This document shows, in pieces, positions 1 to 14,807 of a stretch of 64,000 nucleotides of DNA. This DNA is from Dictyostelium discoideum (taxonomy: Eukaryota). The notes under the pieces are model-generated. The model ran no database searches, had not been told where the DNA came from, and saw nothing but the letters and a program-made list of their open reading frames with translations. The stretch covers positions 3,264,001-3,328,000 of the forward strand of contig CM000151.3 in assembly GCA_000004695.1 (NCBI GenBank), written 5' to 3'. Numbering within the stretch: the stretch's first letter is position 1; every line of letters begins with the position of its first letter. Both the position numbers and the translations under genes were made by a program.

Positions 1-2421
1 ATTAAACAACACTCATCATCATCATCACAAAAGAAAAATAAAAAAAATAAAAATAGTGGTGATCAAATTGTTTTATTAAAAGTTGATGGTGATTCATATC
101 AAATCGGAGCAAGAGTTATAATGAAATCATTGAAATTAGATTATGATATTGATAGTGAATTATTTAATCCAGAGACTGATGATATTAAGAATTCGTTAAT
201 GAGAAAGAGAGAAATTAAGAAATGGAAACATTTATTCATATTTTCAATATCATGGACATTGCCATTGATTATTATTGCAATGATATTGGTACCGATAAAG
301 AGTATTAAATTCTTACATTATCAATTAGCTGATGGGTTCCCAGTTGAAGCATTGATAGGTTTCATTTTAGCAACCCCTGTCCAATTTATAAGTGGTGCTA
401 CATTTTATAAAGTTTCATATGCTGCCGTTAAAAATTTACATGGTAATATGGATTTATTAGTTGCAGTTGGTTCAACATGTGCCTATGTTTATTCAGTAAT
501 TTCAATTATCATTGGTATAGTAAACCCAATGTATGAAGCAATGCATTTCTTTGAAACTTCTGCAAGTTTAATTACATTCATTATTCTTGGTAGATGGTTA
601 GAAAATATTGCAAAGGGTCATACTTCATCAGCAATTGTAAAATTAATGAATTTACAATCAAAAGAAACCACATTAGTTACATTAAGAAATCAAGATAATT
701 ACAATGGCTCATCAACTGCACCAATTATAATTGAATCTGAAGAAATTATACAATCATCATTAATTTCATATGGTGATTTATTAAAAGTTATACCAGGTCA
801 ATCAATTCCAACTGATGGTATTGTTATTAATGGTTCATCATCATGTGATGAAAGTATGATCACTGGTGAGAGTATACCAGTATTGAAGAAAGTTAATGAT
901 TCAGTTACTGGTGGTACATTGAATTTGGATGGTGTTTTAATTATTAAGGCAAATAAAATCGGTAGTGAGAATACATTATCACAAATCATTGGGTTAGTTC
1001 AACAAGCTCAAACTTCAAAAGCACCAATTCAACAATTAGCAGATACAATCTCAAAATATTTCGTACCAATCATTCTATTATTAGGTTTAATTACATTTGG
1101 TATTTGGATAGCTGTAACCGAGACAAATTCAGTATCTGCTGAATGGAGACATAATACATCACCATTCCTATACTCATTCTTAACTGCAATCTCTGTAATT
1201 GTAATTGCATGTCCATGTGCATTAGGTTTAGCAACCCCAACTGCTGTTATGGTTGGTACTGGTGTTGGTGCTTCAATTGGTATATTAATTAAAGGTGGTA
1301 AACCATTAGAAACTGCTCATAAAGCAACTGCAATTTTATTTGATAAAACTGGTACAATTACAACTGGTAAAATGAATGTAACTGATTATCGTGTAAACCA
1401 TCAATCAAACAACAACGATAACAACAACAACAACAACTCTGCTCCAAAAGAAGAAGAAGATAAATTATTTTTTAAAATTGTTGGTGCAGCTGAAAGTGGT
1501 TCAGAACATCCAATTGGTAAAGCAATTGTACAATTTTGCAAACAAACTTTAACCACCAAAGGTGCAGATCCAATTGGTTCGCCAATGATTCAAGATTATC
1601 AATTCCCACCAGTTTCAGATTTTAAAGGTATTGCTGGTAGAGGTTTATCATGTATTGTAGATTCATTAATTCAATGTAAAATTGGTAATTTATCATTTAT
1701 GAAAGATAATTCAATTAATGTACCAATTGAATTCGTTGAATTAGCTCAATCATGGGAAACAAATGGTAAAACTGTAATTTATGTTTCATATGGTGATAGC
1801 AATGATGACAATGATACCACTAGTACCACCACTATTTTATTTAAAGGTATAATGTCAATTTCAGATATACCAAGAGATGATTCAAAAAGAGCAATAAAGA
1901 AATTAAAATCAATGGGATTAAAATGTTACATGGTAACAGGTGATAATAAAAGAGCAGCTAAATTCATTGCAAATCAAGTTGGCATTGATGAAGATCATAT
2001 CTATTCAGAGGTTATACCAAAAGAGAAAGCAGAGAAAGTTTCAGATTTACAAGCTAGTGGTAATGTAGTTTGTTTCGTTGGTGATGGTGTTAATGATTCA
2101 CCTGCATTGTCACAAGCTGATGTTGGTATTTCAGTTGCAACTGGTACTGATATCGCTATTGAATCATCTTCAATCGTTTTATTGAAAAATTCACTCACTG
2201 ATGTTTATCGTTCAATTCATTTATCGAGAGTAGTTTTCCGTAGAATTAAAATTAATTTCACATTAGCTTTAATCTATAATCTTTGTGCTGTTCCACTAGC
2301 CGCTGGTTTATTTAGAGTAATCTTTGGTGTGTCTTTACCACCAATGGCTGCTGCTGCTGCAATGGTAGTTTCTTCATTATCAGTTTTATCTTCTTCATTA
2401 TTATTAAAACTTTATTCTTCA

Positions 2422-2430
<9 letters not shown>
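1..2430 (+). CDS. Copper/heavy-metal transporting P1B-type ATPase, 5'-truncated by window edge (C-terminal ~800 aa)
   Basis: The frame is open from nt 1 (no stop in 1-120 in the frame of the ORF at 121), so the true start lies upstream. It carries the TM6 'CPC' metal-binding motif (IACPCALGLATP), the P-type phosphorylation site DKTGTIT, the P1B-specific 'SEHPIG' HP motif, the hinge GDGVNDSPAL, and the TGES-like 'MITGES' actuator motif. An N/D-rich insert is present. Stop at 2428-2430. Confidence 0.9.
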
Positions 2431-2474
<44 letters not shown>

Positions 2475-2678
2475 AACTTTAATAACCTGAAATAAGATCA
2501 AAGAATAAAAATAAAATAAAAAAATAAAAATATAAAAATAAAAATACAAAAATAAAATCTAAAAATAAATAAATAAATGGTTTTTTTTATTAATATTTTC
2601 CCACTTTTTTTTTATTAGTGTGGCCTTGTTTTTTTTATTTTTTTTTTTTTTTTTTATTTTAAATTTTTATTAAAAAAA

Positions 2679-3797
2679 ATGCAATTTATAAAATCAAGTA
2701 TTGCATATTCATTTGCAAGTTATTCTAAAAATTTTATTAATAAAAATTTTAGTTATTTATGTATTGAACCAAATAAATATGATGAAAAATTTTCATTACA
2801 AGAATTAAAAGAAATTTATGAATCATTAACTATTGATGAAAAATATAAAGTTGAAACCATTTATTGGGAATTATGTAAAAAACAAGATTCAAGAATTGAT
2901 GGATTATTTTATGGTAAAAATCATTTATTTGAAAATTTAAAATTTACAATAAGATCATTACATAGATGTAATCATTTAAATGATTTAGAAAATAATAATA
3001 ATGAATTAATTAAAATTGAATTTACAAATAGATTTAAAAGAAATAAAACTACAAATTCAACACAGTATTATAGTTTAGGTGAAAAGATTGGTAAAGATTA
3101 TGAAATGGGACAAATTGGATATGTTAACGGTATGGGTAATTCAATAGGTTGGGCAGGTACAGATGCATCTAAAATTTCAGAATCAATGGTAGAAGGTATG
3201 AATTTACACTGTGTTTATTTACCATCTTATCAAATTTCACCAGATGATTATTCACCTTCACCAAATGATACAATTGGTTTCTGTATGGATACAATTAGAC
3301 ATTTAACTATAAATGGTGGTGAATTTTCAAAAACTTCAATCCTAATAGCTCAATTATGGATTGATTATCTATTTGATAATCCTAATAAATCATTTTTACA
3401 AATTTGTGCTTCTGATGGTGGTACATTCGTTACAAATGCTATTAAAATCATTATTAAATATTCACCAAATCTATTATCAAGAATTTCATTTCTATATTTA
3501 GCTCCAGGTTGCATTTTAATACCAAATGATTTTAATAATAATAATAATGATAATGATAATATTGAAATTTTAAAATCAAAACAAGTTTTAAATTTTATAA
3601 AATTAGAAGATACTTTAATTTCAAAATTTGCAACAGGTGCAAATCATTTAAATAATAGTAAATCAATGGAAAATATTATAATTGTACCTCATATTAATAA
3701 AAATGATCATCCTCATAATTTTTTAAATAATGATTATATAAATTCGGTTTTACCATTTATTAAGAATTGGAAAGAAACTGGAAAATTAATTTTATAA
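2679..3797 (+). CDS. Hypothetical protein (372 aa), possibly an alpha/beta-hydrolase-like fold; function unknown
   Basis: ATG verified at 2679 and the ORF is intact. It has Dictyostelium-like codon usage and N/D-rich tracts. A weak 'CASDGG' (x-S-x-G-like) motif is the only hint of function. No confident family assignment. Confidence 0.5.
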   Translation: MQFIKSSIAYSFASYSKNFINKNFSYLCIEPNKYDEKFSLQELKEIYESLTIDEKYKVETIYWELCKKQDSRIDGLFYGKNHLFENLKFTIRSLHRCNHLNDLENNNNELIKIEFTNRFKRNKTTNSTQYYSLGEKIGKDYEMGQIGYVNGMGNSIGWAGTDASKISESMVEGMNLHCVYLPSYQISPDDYSPSPNDTIGFCMDTIRHLTINGGEFSKTSILIAQLWIDYLFDNPNKSFLQICASDGGTFVTNAIKIIIKYSPNLLSRISFLYLAPGCILIPNDFNNNNNDNDNIEILKSKQVLNFIKLEDTLISKFATGANHLNNSKSMENIIIVPHINKNDHPHNFLNNDYINSVLPFIKNWKETGKLIL

Positions 3798-3867
3798 TTT
3801 TATGTACAAAAAAAAAAAGCAATCTCAAATCATTTTTTTCAACTTTATCAATATTTCCCCATCTTTC

Positions 3868-3870
<3 letters not shown>

Positions 3871-3945
<75 letters not shown>

Positions 3946-3946
3946 A
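3871..3946. repeat. (ATT)n trinucleotide microsatellite, ~25 units, intergenic
   Basis: Perfect 'attattatt...' run visible directly. It generates the mirror poly-L / poly-N shadow ORFs 3767..4012(+) and 3760..4002(-). Confidence 0.95.
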
Positions 3947-4079
3947 GTTTTTAATTTTAAAAATAAATTTAATTTAATTTTGTTATTAAAAAATATTTTC
4001 ACCTTTATTTAATTTTTTTTTTTATTTGAAATGATATTTTCAGATTTTTGTTTGAAAAAAAACAAAAAAAACAAAAAAA

Positions 4080-4130
<51 letters not shown>

Positions 4131-4573
4131 TCGCTCAATCTCTGGTTATTAACCAAAACTAATCAAACAATGGTTTGGGAAGTATTTACATTTAATGTTC
4201 TGGTATTTGAATTATTATTTTCAATTTTTTGAGCTGGTAGGAAAAAAAAAAAAAAAAAAATTTTAAAATAATCTAATTTTTTATTTATTTTTTTTTTTTT
4301 TTTCACTTCTTCATTTAAAAGGATTTGGTATTTTATAATTTTACATTTATTTTTTTTATTTTATTATTTTAGTAATAGTATTTCTTTTTTTTTGATTATT
4401 TAATTTAACAATAATTTTTTTTTTTTTTTTTTTAAATATATTTGGTCCCAAATTCTGCAAATTTTTTAAAAACATATTTTCACCAGTAAAAATTAAACGA
4501 TAGTCTTTTGGATATTTTTTTTATTTTTTTTTTAATTTTTTTTTTTTTTAAAAAAAATCACTATTATTATTAT

Positions 4574-4616
<43 letters not shown>

Positions 4617-4767
4617 ATCATTTTGTTTGCGTGATTCAAAACACACTGCGAAATACATAACATTACGTGTGGTTTTTTATTTTTATTATTTTTATTTTTT
4701 TTTTTATGTATACATAAAAAAAAAAATAAAATAAAATAAAAATAATAATAATTATAATAATAATAAA

Positions 4768-6483
4768 ATGTTTAGAATACTATTAAATGGTATTGCAAAA
4801 AAACCAAGCCAATTAATTGTTACTAGTAATAGTGGTGGTACTATTTTTGCAAATAGCGGTAATAATAATAACAATAATAACAATAATAATAATAATAATA
4901 ATGGTTTATCTTTTTTAAATTTATTTGGAAATAACACCGATAGCCAATCCAATAATACTACAATAAATAATTTTAAAAATGCATATAGAAATTTCTATAA
5001 ACTTCATTATTCCACATTAAATAAAAAGTCATCATCATCATCATCAAATTCTAAACAAACATCACAAACTAGCAACGATAGCAACAAGAATAATAGTAGT
5101 AGTAGTAGTGGTAATAATAAAAATAATAAAAATAAAAAGAATTATACAGTAAGAATAATAAATAATTTTGAAGTAAAGAAAATTACAAAACAAATTGAAT
5201 TGGAACCATTTAATATTGAAAATTATCAAAAACTATCAGAATTATTAGGAGCAAGAGATGTTGCAATCGTTAATGGTAGAGAGATTGGACAATTGGAAAT
5301 ATTTTTAGAGATATTAAATATTGAGCCAAAACAAGCCTTCATTCATTACTTTTTATATAGTTGGTTGAAAGATATTGAAGAGTGTGACGACGATTACGTA
5401 TTGACATTACTAGACGGTACAACAAAATTCACATTGAAGGAGTTGTTGATTAAAGAGATTGAAATCAGTCCATCATTTACACCACCCTATATTAAATTAA
5501 CAAATTATCAATCGACAATGTTACAAGATAGAATTGTGCTACCAATATTAATGAATGATAATAGATTCCAATGGGTTGGTTTAAACAAGTTGGAATTGTT
5601 TTTAAAGGTTTTAGATATGGAGCCAGGTAATTTAGTAGCCAATCATAATTTAGCAACCTTTTTATTAGTTAACAACCTTGGTGAAATTCAAATGATGAAT
5701 GGTGATAAACTTTCAACATTTGAAATTTGTAAAAACAATTATCAGTTAAATAAAAATACAACACCATTCTCTTCAATCTATTTATCTGAACAACCTGAAA
5801 TTACACCACAACAATCGATTAAAATTTTAACTGAAGCAATTTTACAATTTCCAAATGAACCAACTTTATATTTAAAATTATCAAATAAATTATTAAATAA
5901 TTATGATTTAGTTATAATTGATAATGGTGATGGTGATGATGAAAAATCAATAAAATTAAATAGATTACAATTACTTGGTATTGCAATTTCGATACAAGAG
6001 CAGTATATAATCGATAATAGTAATATTCAAACAATTCCAAATAGTTTTGCAGAATCTTATTTTAAACTTGGCTGTTATTTAGAGAATAGAAATCAATCAA
6101 TTAAATCAGTAGATAGTAATGGTAATTTCAATTGTTCATGGAATATAATATCATCATTTACAAGAGCATTAGAAATTAATCCAAATCATTTAGAATGTAA
6201 AAAATTATTAATTCAATCGATTGATAATAAAGAGGTTGTATTAATTGGTTCAAAATCTTACTCTAAATTAGATTTAATTTATTCAATGATTGAATCTTCA
6301 AAACAAAATTCAACCACTGATTATTATAAATTCATTTTCTCTTCATTATCAAATTATTATAAAGAAATTGATCATCAAAAATATTTAAAATTTAAAAATT
6401 TATTAAATAATGAAATTGGTAAATATAAAATTATATATATATATATTAATAATAATAATAATAATAATAATATAATTTTTTAA
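4768..6483 (+). CDS. Hypothetical N/S-rich protein (571 aa) with at least 3-4 copies of a ~65-aa helical repeat (TPR-like module)
   Basis: ATG verified at 4768. Repeat units run 'NYQKLSELL...GREIGQLEIFLEILNIEPKQAFIHYF', 'LLDGTTKFTLKELLIKEIEISPSFTPPYIKL' and 'ALEINPNHLECKKLL'. Poly-N and poly-S tracts near the N-terminus. The 3' end runs into an (AAT)n tract, so it may actually splice to the next ORF. Confidence 0.6.
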   Translation: MFRILLNGIAKKPSQLIVTSNSGGTIFANSGNNNNNNNNNNNNNNGLSFLNLFGNNTDSQSNNTTINNFKNAYRNFYKLHYSTLNKKSSSSSSNSKQTSQTSNDSNKNNSSSSSGNNKNNKNKKNYTVRIINNFEVKKITKQIELEPFNIENYQKLSELLGARDVAIVNGREIGQLEIFLEILNIEPKQAFIHYFLYSWLKDIEECDDDYVLTLLDGTTKFTLKELLIKEIEISPSFTPPYIKLTNYQSTMLQDRIVLPILMNDNRFQWVGLNKLELFLKVLDMEPGNLVANHNLATFLLVNNLGEIQMMNGDKLSTFEICKNNYQLNKNTTPFSSIYLSEQPEITPQQSIKILTEAILQFPNEPTLYLKLSNKLLNNYDLVIIDNGDGDDEKSIKLNRLQLLGIAISIQEQYIIDNSNIQTIPNSFAESYFKLGCYLENRNQSIKSVDSNGNFNCSWNIISSFTRALEINPNHLECKKLLIQSIDNKEVVLIGSKSYSKLDLIYSMIESSKQNSTTDYYKFIFSSLSNYYKEIDHQKYLKFKNLLNNEIGKYKIIYIYINNNNNNNNIIF

Positions 6484-6485
6484 TA

Positions 6486-6524
<39 letters not shown>

Positions 6525-6602
6525 AAAAGAAAATTAAAACTTATAAGATTAATAAACCAATATCCATTCTATAGTGAATATTATCATTTATTATATCAAG
6601 AA

Positions 6603-7355
6603 ATGAATAAAGATGAAAGTGTATTATTAAAAGGTAAAACCAACAACAATAACAATAACAATAGCAATAACAACAACAGCAATAATAAAAACAATAATAA
6701 AAATAACAATCAAGTAACAATGAATAGAATAGATGTATTATTAAAATCAATTGAATTAGATCCAAATAGACCAATGTTATATTATCAATTATCAGAGGAA
6801 TTAGATGATGATTTATCAACTATAACATTATTAGATGGTGTATCGGTGATGAATAAACAAGAATTACTATTGAAAGAGAGTCAAATTAATCCAAACTTTT
6901 CAAAGACTTATTACGCTTTATCAAAATTAATTCGTGAAGATAATGAAGATGATGTTAGAAATAAAATTGAATTCCTTAGTGTCGCACTATCATTAGATAC
7001 AAAGTATAGTCCAAACCTTTATTTAGAATTGGGTTTATTAATGAAAAGATATAATATCGATTCATTTAAATCACAATTATCAAGAAAACAAATGTTTATA
7101 AAATCCTTGGAACAAGAGGACCAATGTTTATCCGATTTTTCAAATGCTAAAAACTCATTGGCTTGGTATCATTTAGCTATGGAAATGAATGACCATGAGC
7201 TTTGTTTAGGTAAAACTAAAAAAGATATCATCTCTTTGATCGTCAATAAATTAGATCCAAATTTTACCCTTGCTCGTTTAGAATTTTTAAAGTTTGAAAT
7301 TAATGGTATAATTATTAAAAATCAAAACAATCAATTAGATACTGTTACTATGTAA
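6603..7355 (+). CDS. Paralog of the upstream repeat protein, or its downstream exon (250 aa) with the same helical repeat module
   Basis: ATG at 6603. Repeats 'IELDPNRPMLYYQLSEEL', 'LLDGVSVMNKQELLLKESQINPNFSKTYYAL' and 'LSLDTKYSPNLYLELGLL' match the module in 4768..6483. N-rich N-terminus. Confidence 0.55.
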   Translation: MNKDESVLLKGKTNNNNNNNSNNNNSNNKNNNKNNNQVTMNRIDVLLKSIELDPNRPMLYYQLSEELDDDLSTITLLDGVSVMNKQELLLKESQINPNFSKTYYALSKLIREDNEDDVRNKIEFLSVALSLDTKYSPNLYLELGLLMKRYNIDSFKSQLSRKQMFIKSLEQEDQCLSDFSNAKNSLAWYHLAMEMNDHELCLGKTKKDIISLIVNKLDPNFTLARLEFLKFEINGIIIKNQNNQLDTVTM

Positions 7356-7630
7356 TACACCAAAACACTAACCCCTTTTTTTTAATTATCTCATTTGAAG
7401 ATTATAATTACATTTTTCAAATTTTAAAATTAAAATTAAAAATAAAAAAAAAAAAAAAAAAAAAAAAAAACAATAATAATAATATCACAATCACAATCAC
7501 AATCACTATAATTATATTTATTTATTTAAAATAATAAAACACTGGAAACTGACATTCACAAATTTGGGTGTCAAAAAAAAAAAAAAATTAACTATTCTTA
7601 TATTTAAAAGTTTTTATTTTATTTTTTTAT

Positions 7631-11140
<3,510 letters not shown>

Positions 11141-11157
11141 TAAAAGTTGAATTAATT

Positions 11158-11466
11158 CTATAAAAATTTTTTTTCTGAATCTTTAGTGGAAGCAGTAATT
11201 TTAAATAATAATTCTATTCCATGTTGTGTAATATCGATCATTTCTTGTTTTGATTTTAATTTACAAATTAAAAGTTGATATTGTTTATTTTTTATCATCC
11301 ATTCTAAAGAGGTAATATATTTAAATTTTAATCTCATAAATCCATTGGTTGGATCACTTATTGTTGGTTGTTTAATCCAATTGGTTTTATGAATATGTTG
11401 AAAAATTAAATTAAATAAATATTTATTATGAATTACTTTCCAAAATAAAATTTCTATATCTTTCAT
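11158..11466 (-). CDS. Small ORF (102 aa), separate small gene or a 5' exon/pseudo-exon of the 7631..11140 gene
   Basis: ATG at 11466..11464. It ends 18 nt upstream of the large ORF in a different frame, and I could find no clean GT...AG intron. Low-complexity hydrophilic sequence. Confidence 0.3.
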   Translation of the reverse strand: MKDIEILFWKVIHNKYLFNLIFQHIHKTNWIKQPTISDPTNGFMRLKFKYITSLEWMIKNKQYQLLICKLKSKQEMIDITQHGIELLFKITASTKDSEKKFL

Positions 11467-12277
11467 ATTTAATTTTTTTTTTTTTTTCTTTTTTTTTATT
11501 ATTATTGTTATTATTATTTTTTTCTTTTTCTTTTTCTTTTTTTTTTTTTTTAAATTTTTAAAAAAACAAAAATAAAAAGAAAAAAAAAAAAAGCTTTTTT
11601 TTAAATATTCAAAAATCTTTTAAAAAATAGAGAAAAGAAAAAAAAAAAAACATTATCCAAATTTAATTTCTTTATTAACTAGGACATTTTTTATGTGAAA
11701 ATGCACTGTAGTAAGATTTCCTGAGTTTTGAGGATTTAATCAATGGATTTTGCCGTTTTTTTTTAAAAGCAAAAGATATTTTTTTAATTTTTTTTTTTTT
11801 TAATTTTTTTTTTTTTTTAATTTATTTTGCCTCCAATCACAAAATAAAAAAACATTTTTAAAATAAAAAAAAAAAAAAAAAAATAAAATTAATTGTTTAA
11901 TGAAAGATTAAAATAATAATACGATTCGTATTTTTTTTTTTCGCTTTACTCCAAAATATTTAAATTTTTTTTTAAAATTATTGTGTTTATTGTAAAGAAT
12001 AATTTTTTTTTTTTTTTTTTTTTTCTTTTTTTTTTTTTTTTCTAATTGTTGAGTTTTAATTATGGTTATAATTTTTCATTACATGTTGCTTGACTATAAT
12101 TCGTTTTTTTTTTTTTTGGGTTTTTGGGTTTTTGGTTAAAAATAGTACTAACGTGTTTTGATCATTGAGCGATTTGAAAACATTAATTTTTTAATTTTTT
12201 AATAATAATTAACACTTGTACGAAATAAAAAATAAAATTTTTTTTATTTATTTTTTTTTTTTTCCTTAAAACCCAAG

Positions 12278-12314
<37 letters not shown>

Positions 12315-12432
12315 TTTTGAATAAAAAATAATAAATTCAAAAAAATTAATTTGTTTTGTTATTTCCATCTTTAAAAAACAGGTTTATTTTTATTTTTTTT
12401 TAATTTTTAATCTTTAATATTATTATTATTAT

Positions 12433-12472
<40 letters not shown>

Positions 12473-12481
12473 CGATTTTTT

Positions 12482-12847
12482 TTATTTAAACAAATTTTGA
12501 ATTGAACAGTAGTTCGACTGTCTAGAGGAAATTATGGAATTTTTAGGATCTACCAAATGTTTAGGTTTTCTACCTCTTTTAAATTGATCTGGATTGGTAC
12601 AAGCGGGACATTCTTGGTCTTTGCAAAGATTTTTGTGACACTTTTCATGTCTACGACGGTGTTTTGTGTGGCAGAGGAAAGTGCAATCAGAGTGGCGGCA
12701 CATTACCATTGGTTTATTTGAAGCAGATTTATTTCTTACAGCACCTGCATGTTTCTTGGTAATATGTCTTGAGAGTGAGCTAGCGTAACCATAAGACATG
12801 CTGCAAAATTTTTGGGTACATTTGTAAGCACCTTTTTCAGTTTTCAT
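12482..12847 (-). CDS. Small Cys/His-rich protein (121 aa) with C2H2-like zinc-finger spacing
   Basis: ATG verified (cat at 12845-12847 on plus). Finger-like units are 'CTQKFCSMSYGYASSLSRHITKKH' (C-x4-C-x12-H-x5-H) and 'CRHSDCTFLCHTKHRRRHEKCH'. Its GC content is visibly higher than the surrounding intergenic DNA. Confidence 0.5.
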   Translation of the reverse strand: MKTEKGAYKCTQKFCSMSYGYASSLSRHITKKHAGAVRNKSASNKPMVMCRHSDCTFLCHTKHRRRHEKCHKNLCKDQECPACTNPDQFKRGRKPKHLVDPKNSIISSRQSNYCSIQNLFK

Positions 12848-13394
12848 TATTATTATTGTTATTTAAAAAAAAAATTAGAGATATATAGAAAAAAAAAAAA
12901 AAAAAAAAAAATAATATAGATTATAGAGATATATAATAAGAAAAATAAATAAAAATAAATAAATAAAATTGTTTAAAAAAAAAGTAATACATTTTTTTTT
13001 TTTATTTTTTATTTTTTTTTTTTCAAAATCATAGTTGTGTTGAATTTAATTAAAAACTAGTTAAATATGGGACTAAGATGTGGTAAATTTTTTTTTTCAT
13101 TTTTATTATCATTATTTTTTTGCACTGATAATTATTTGAAAAGGAATAAAATAATTGCGATATAATTTACAAATATAAATATATGTAAGTGAGTATACTA
13201 GTATTTTTTTTTTTTTTTTTAATTTTTTTTTTTTTTAAATTAATTAAAAAAGTGTTCAATTATATATTTATTTTGATTTTGATTTTAAGTTAAGTGAATT
13301 GAATTCTTCTTTTTAATAGTGCTTTTTTGATTTTTTTCACTATATATATTTTTTTTTTTACAATTTTTATTGTAAAGATATTTTTTTTTTTTTT

Positions 13395-13536
13395 TTTTTA
13401 AAATAAAAAAAGGTTTGAAACTATCATATCTGCCCAATATCTCTAGGGTTTTAAAAATTTCCATTCATATATTTTTTGTAATTATCTTTATTTAAGTTTT
13501 GTCTAATTAAATGCCTAGATAAAATGGAGTCCAAAG

Positions 13537-13568
<32 letters not shown>

Positions 13569-14409
13569 AAAAATAAATAAAATCATTTTATATCTTTCTC
13601 ATTGTTTGAATAAAAAACAAAACAAATTATTTTATATCTTTCTCATTGCTTAGATTGGGATTTTTATAATTATTTTTTTAAAATTAAATTGTTAAATTTT
13701 TTTTTACTGATCAAAATTTTTTCATATCTTTTGAAAAAAAAAAAATAAAAAAAATCTTAAAAATATAAATAATATTCATTTTAATTGTAACAACTGGTGG
13801 TCGGTGTCATCAGTGTTAGTTTTTCCTAATGATTTCTTTATTGTATTGGTTATTGCTGCTGAAGTTATTGGTGTTGTAATGTTGGGTGATGATGGTGGTG
13901 TCGAATGGTTATTTAATTGTTGTTGAGATTGTTGATTTATTAATTGAATGTGTTGTTGAAGAAGTTGATTTTGTTTATCTATTACCTGCTGCTGTTCCCT
14001 TATTTGACGTTGCTGTTCATTGAATGTTGATACCTGTGGTTGTTGTTGTTGTTCCTCATTATCCTGTTGTTGAGATTCATCATTAGCAATATATTCAATT
14101 TAATTGATGACCGTAGCCCTATCGCGTTTTTATTATTTTGTATATATTTATTACTGAGGTTGAATTAGAAACCTAGTTCTTTTTATAGTTAACAGATTTG
14201 AGCGAACTACTTCAACCTCAGCCGATAGGGTTAGATCCAATTTAAACTACAATATTATATTATTTTAATTTTATTCTAATTAATTATTATTTTCTTTTTA
14301 ATTAAATTATTTTTGAATTTATATTATTATTTTATGTGGTGATTTTGTGTGACATTTTTTTAATATCTGGTATCTAATATCTATTATGAAAACTTTTGTG
14401 AAATTAAAA

Positions 14410-14469
<60 letters not shown>

Positions 14470-14750
14470 AAAATTAAATTTAATTTAAAATTAATTAAAT
14501 TACAACGGGAGAAAACCCCTTTAAACAAAACAATAAGGATGGAGGTGGATTAAAAAAACTCTTTTTGTCCCATAGTAAAACACTATTTTTAGTCAAAAAA
14601 AAAAAAAAATCAAATAATTTCAAACATATTATTTAAAAGTTTAAATTTTTTTATTTTTTTTTTATATTTTTTATTTATTTTTTATATCTCCTACTTTTAT
14701 TAAATTAAAAAAAAATAATCCAAATTATTTTCTTTTTTAATTATTATTAC
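13395..14750. repeat. Composite dispersed-repeat block, copy 1 (modules R1, gene fragment, R2, R3), 3' of AACS-like gene A
   Basis: - R1 13395-13790: 'aaaggtttgaaactatcatatctgcccaatatct...aaatggagtccaaag...' recurs at 17826-18215.
- R2 14100-14530 recurs at 18840-19270. It holds nested inverted repeats: outer 'gtagccctatcg'/'cgatagggttag', inner 'ctgaggttgaa'/'ttcaacctcag', then a ~65-nt poly(T) tract.
- R3 14535-14750 ('ggaggtggattaaaaaaactcttt...ccaaattattttcttttttaattattatt') recurs at 18420-18660 and 19275-19490. Confidence 0.8.
13800..14100 (-). pseudogene. Orphan Q-rich coding fragment (~100 codons, no start) embedded in repeat block copy 1
   Basis: The reverse-strand translation is open: '...EYIANDESQQQDNEEQQQQPQVSTFNEQQRQIREQQQVIDKQNQLLQQHIQLINQQSQQQLNNHSTPPSSPNITTP...'. 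It has coding-like composition but no ATG, and it is absent from repeat block copy 2. Confidence 0.4.
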
Positions 14751-14807
14751 TCTTTTTTTTTTTTTTTTTTTTTAGAACAAAAACAATTTACAAAAACTTT
14801 GCTAAAA

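Noticed and set aside
3760-4012. Poly-N (80 aa) and poly-L (81 aa) ORFs on opposite strands
   Set aside because: Both are pure translations of the (ATT)n microsatellite and not genes.
14100-14240. Possible tRNA gene in repeat module R2 (a 'gggttagatcc' T-loop-like string)
   Set aside because: I could not build an acceptor stem, D-arm or anticodon arm. The structure is instead a nested inverted repeat, so it is treated as a repeat-associated hairpin.
14319-14528. ORFs encoding K18/F18 runs (14319..14528, 19069..19266, 19073..19291, 56809..57000, 37893..38192, 38011..38361)
   Set aside because: These are translations of long poly(A)/poly(T) tracts in intergenic repeats, with no credible protein.
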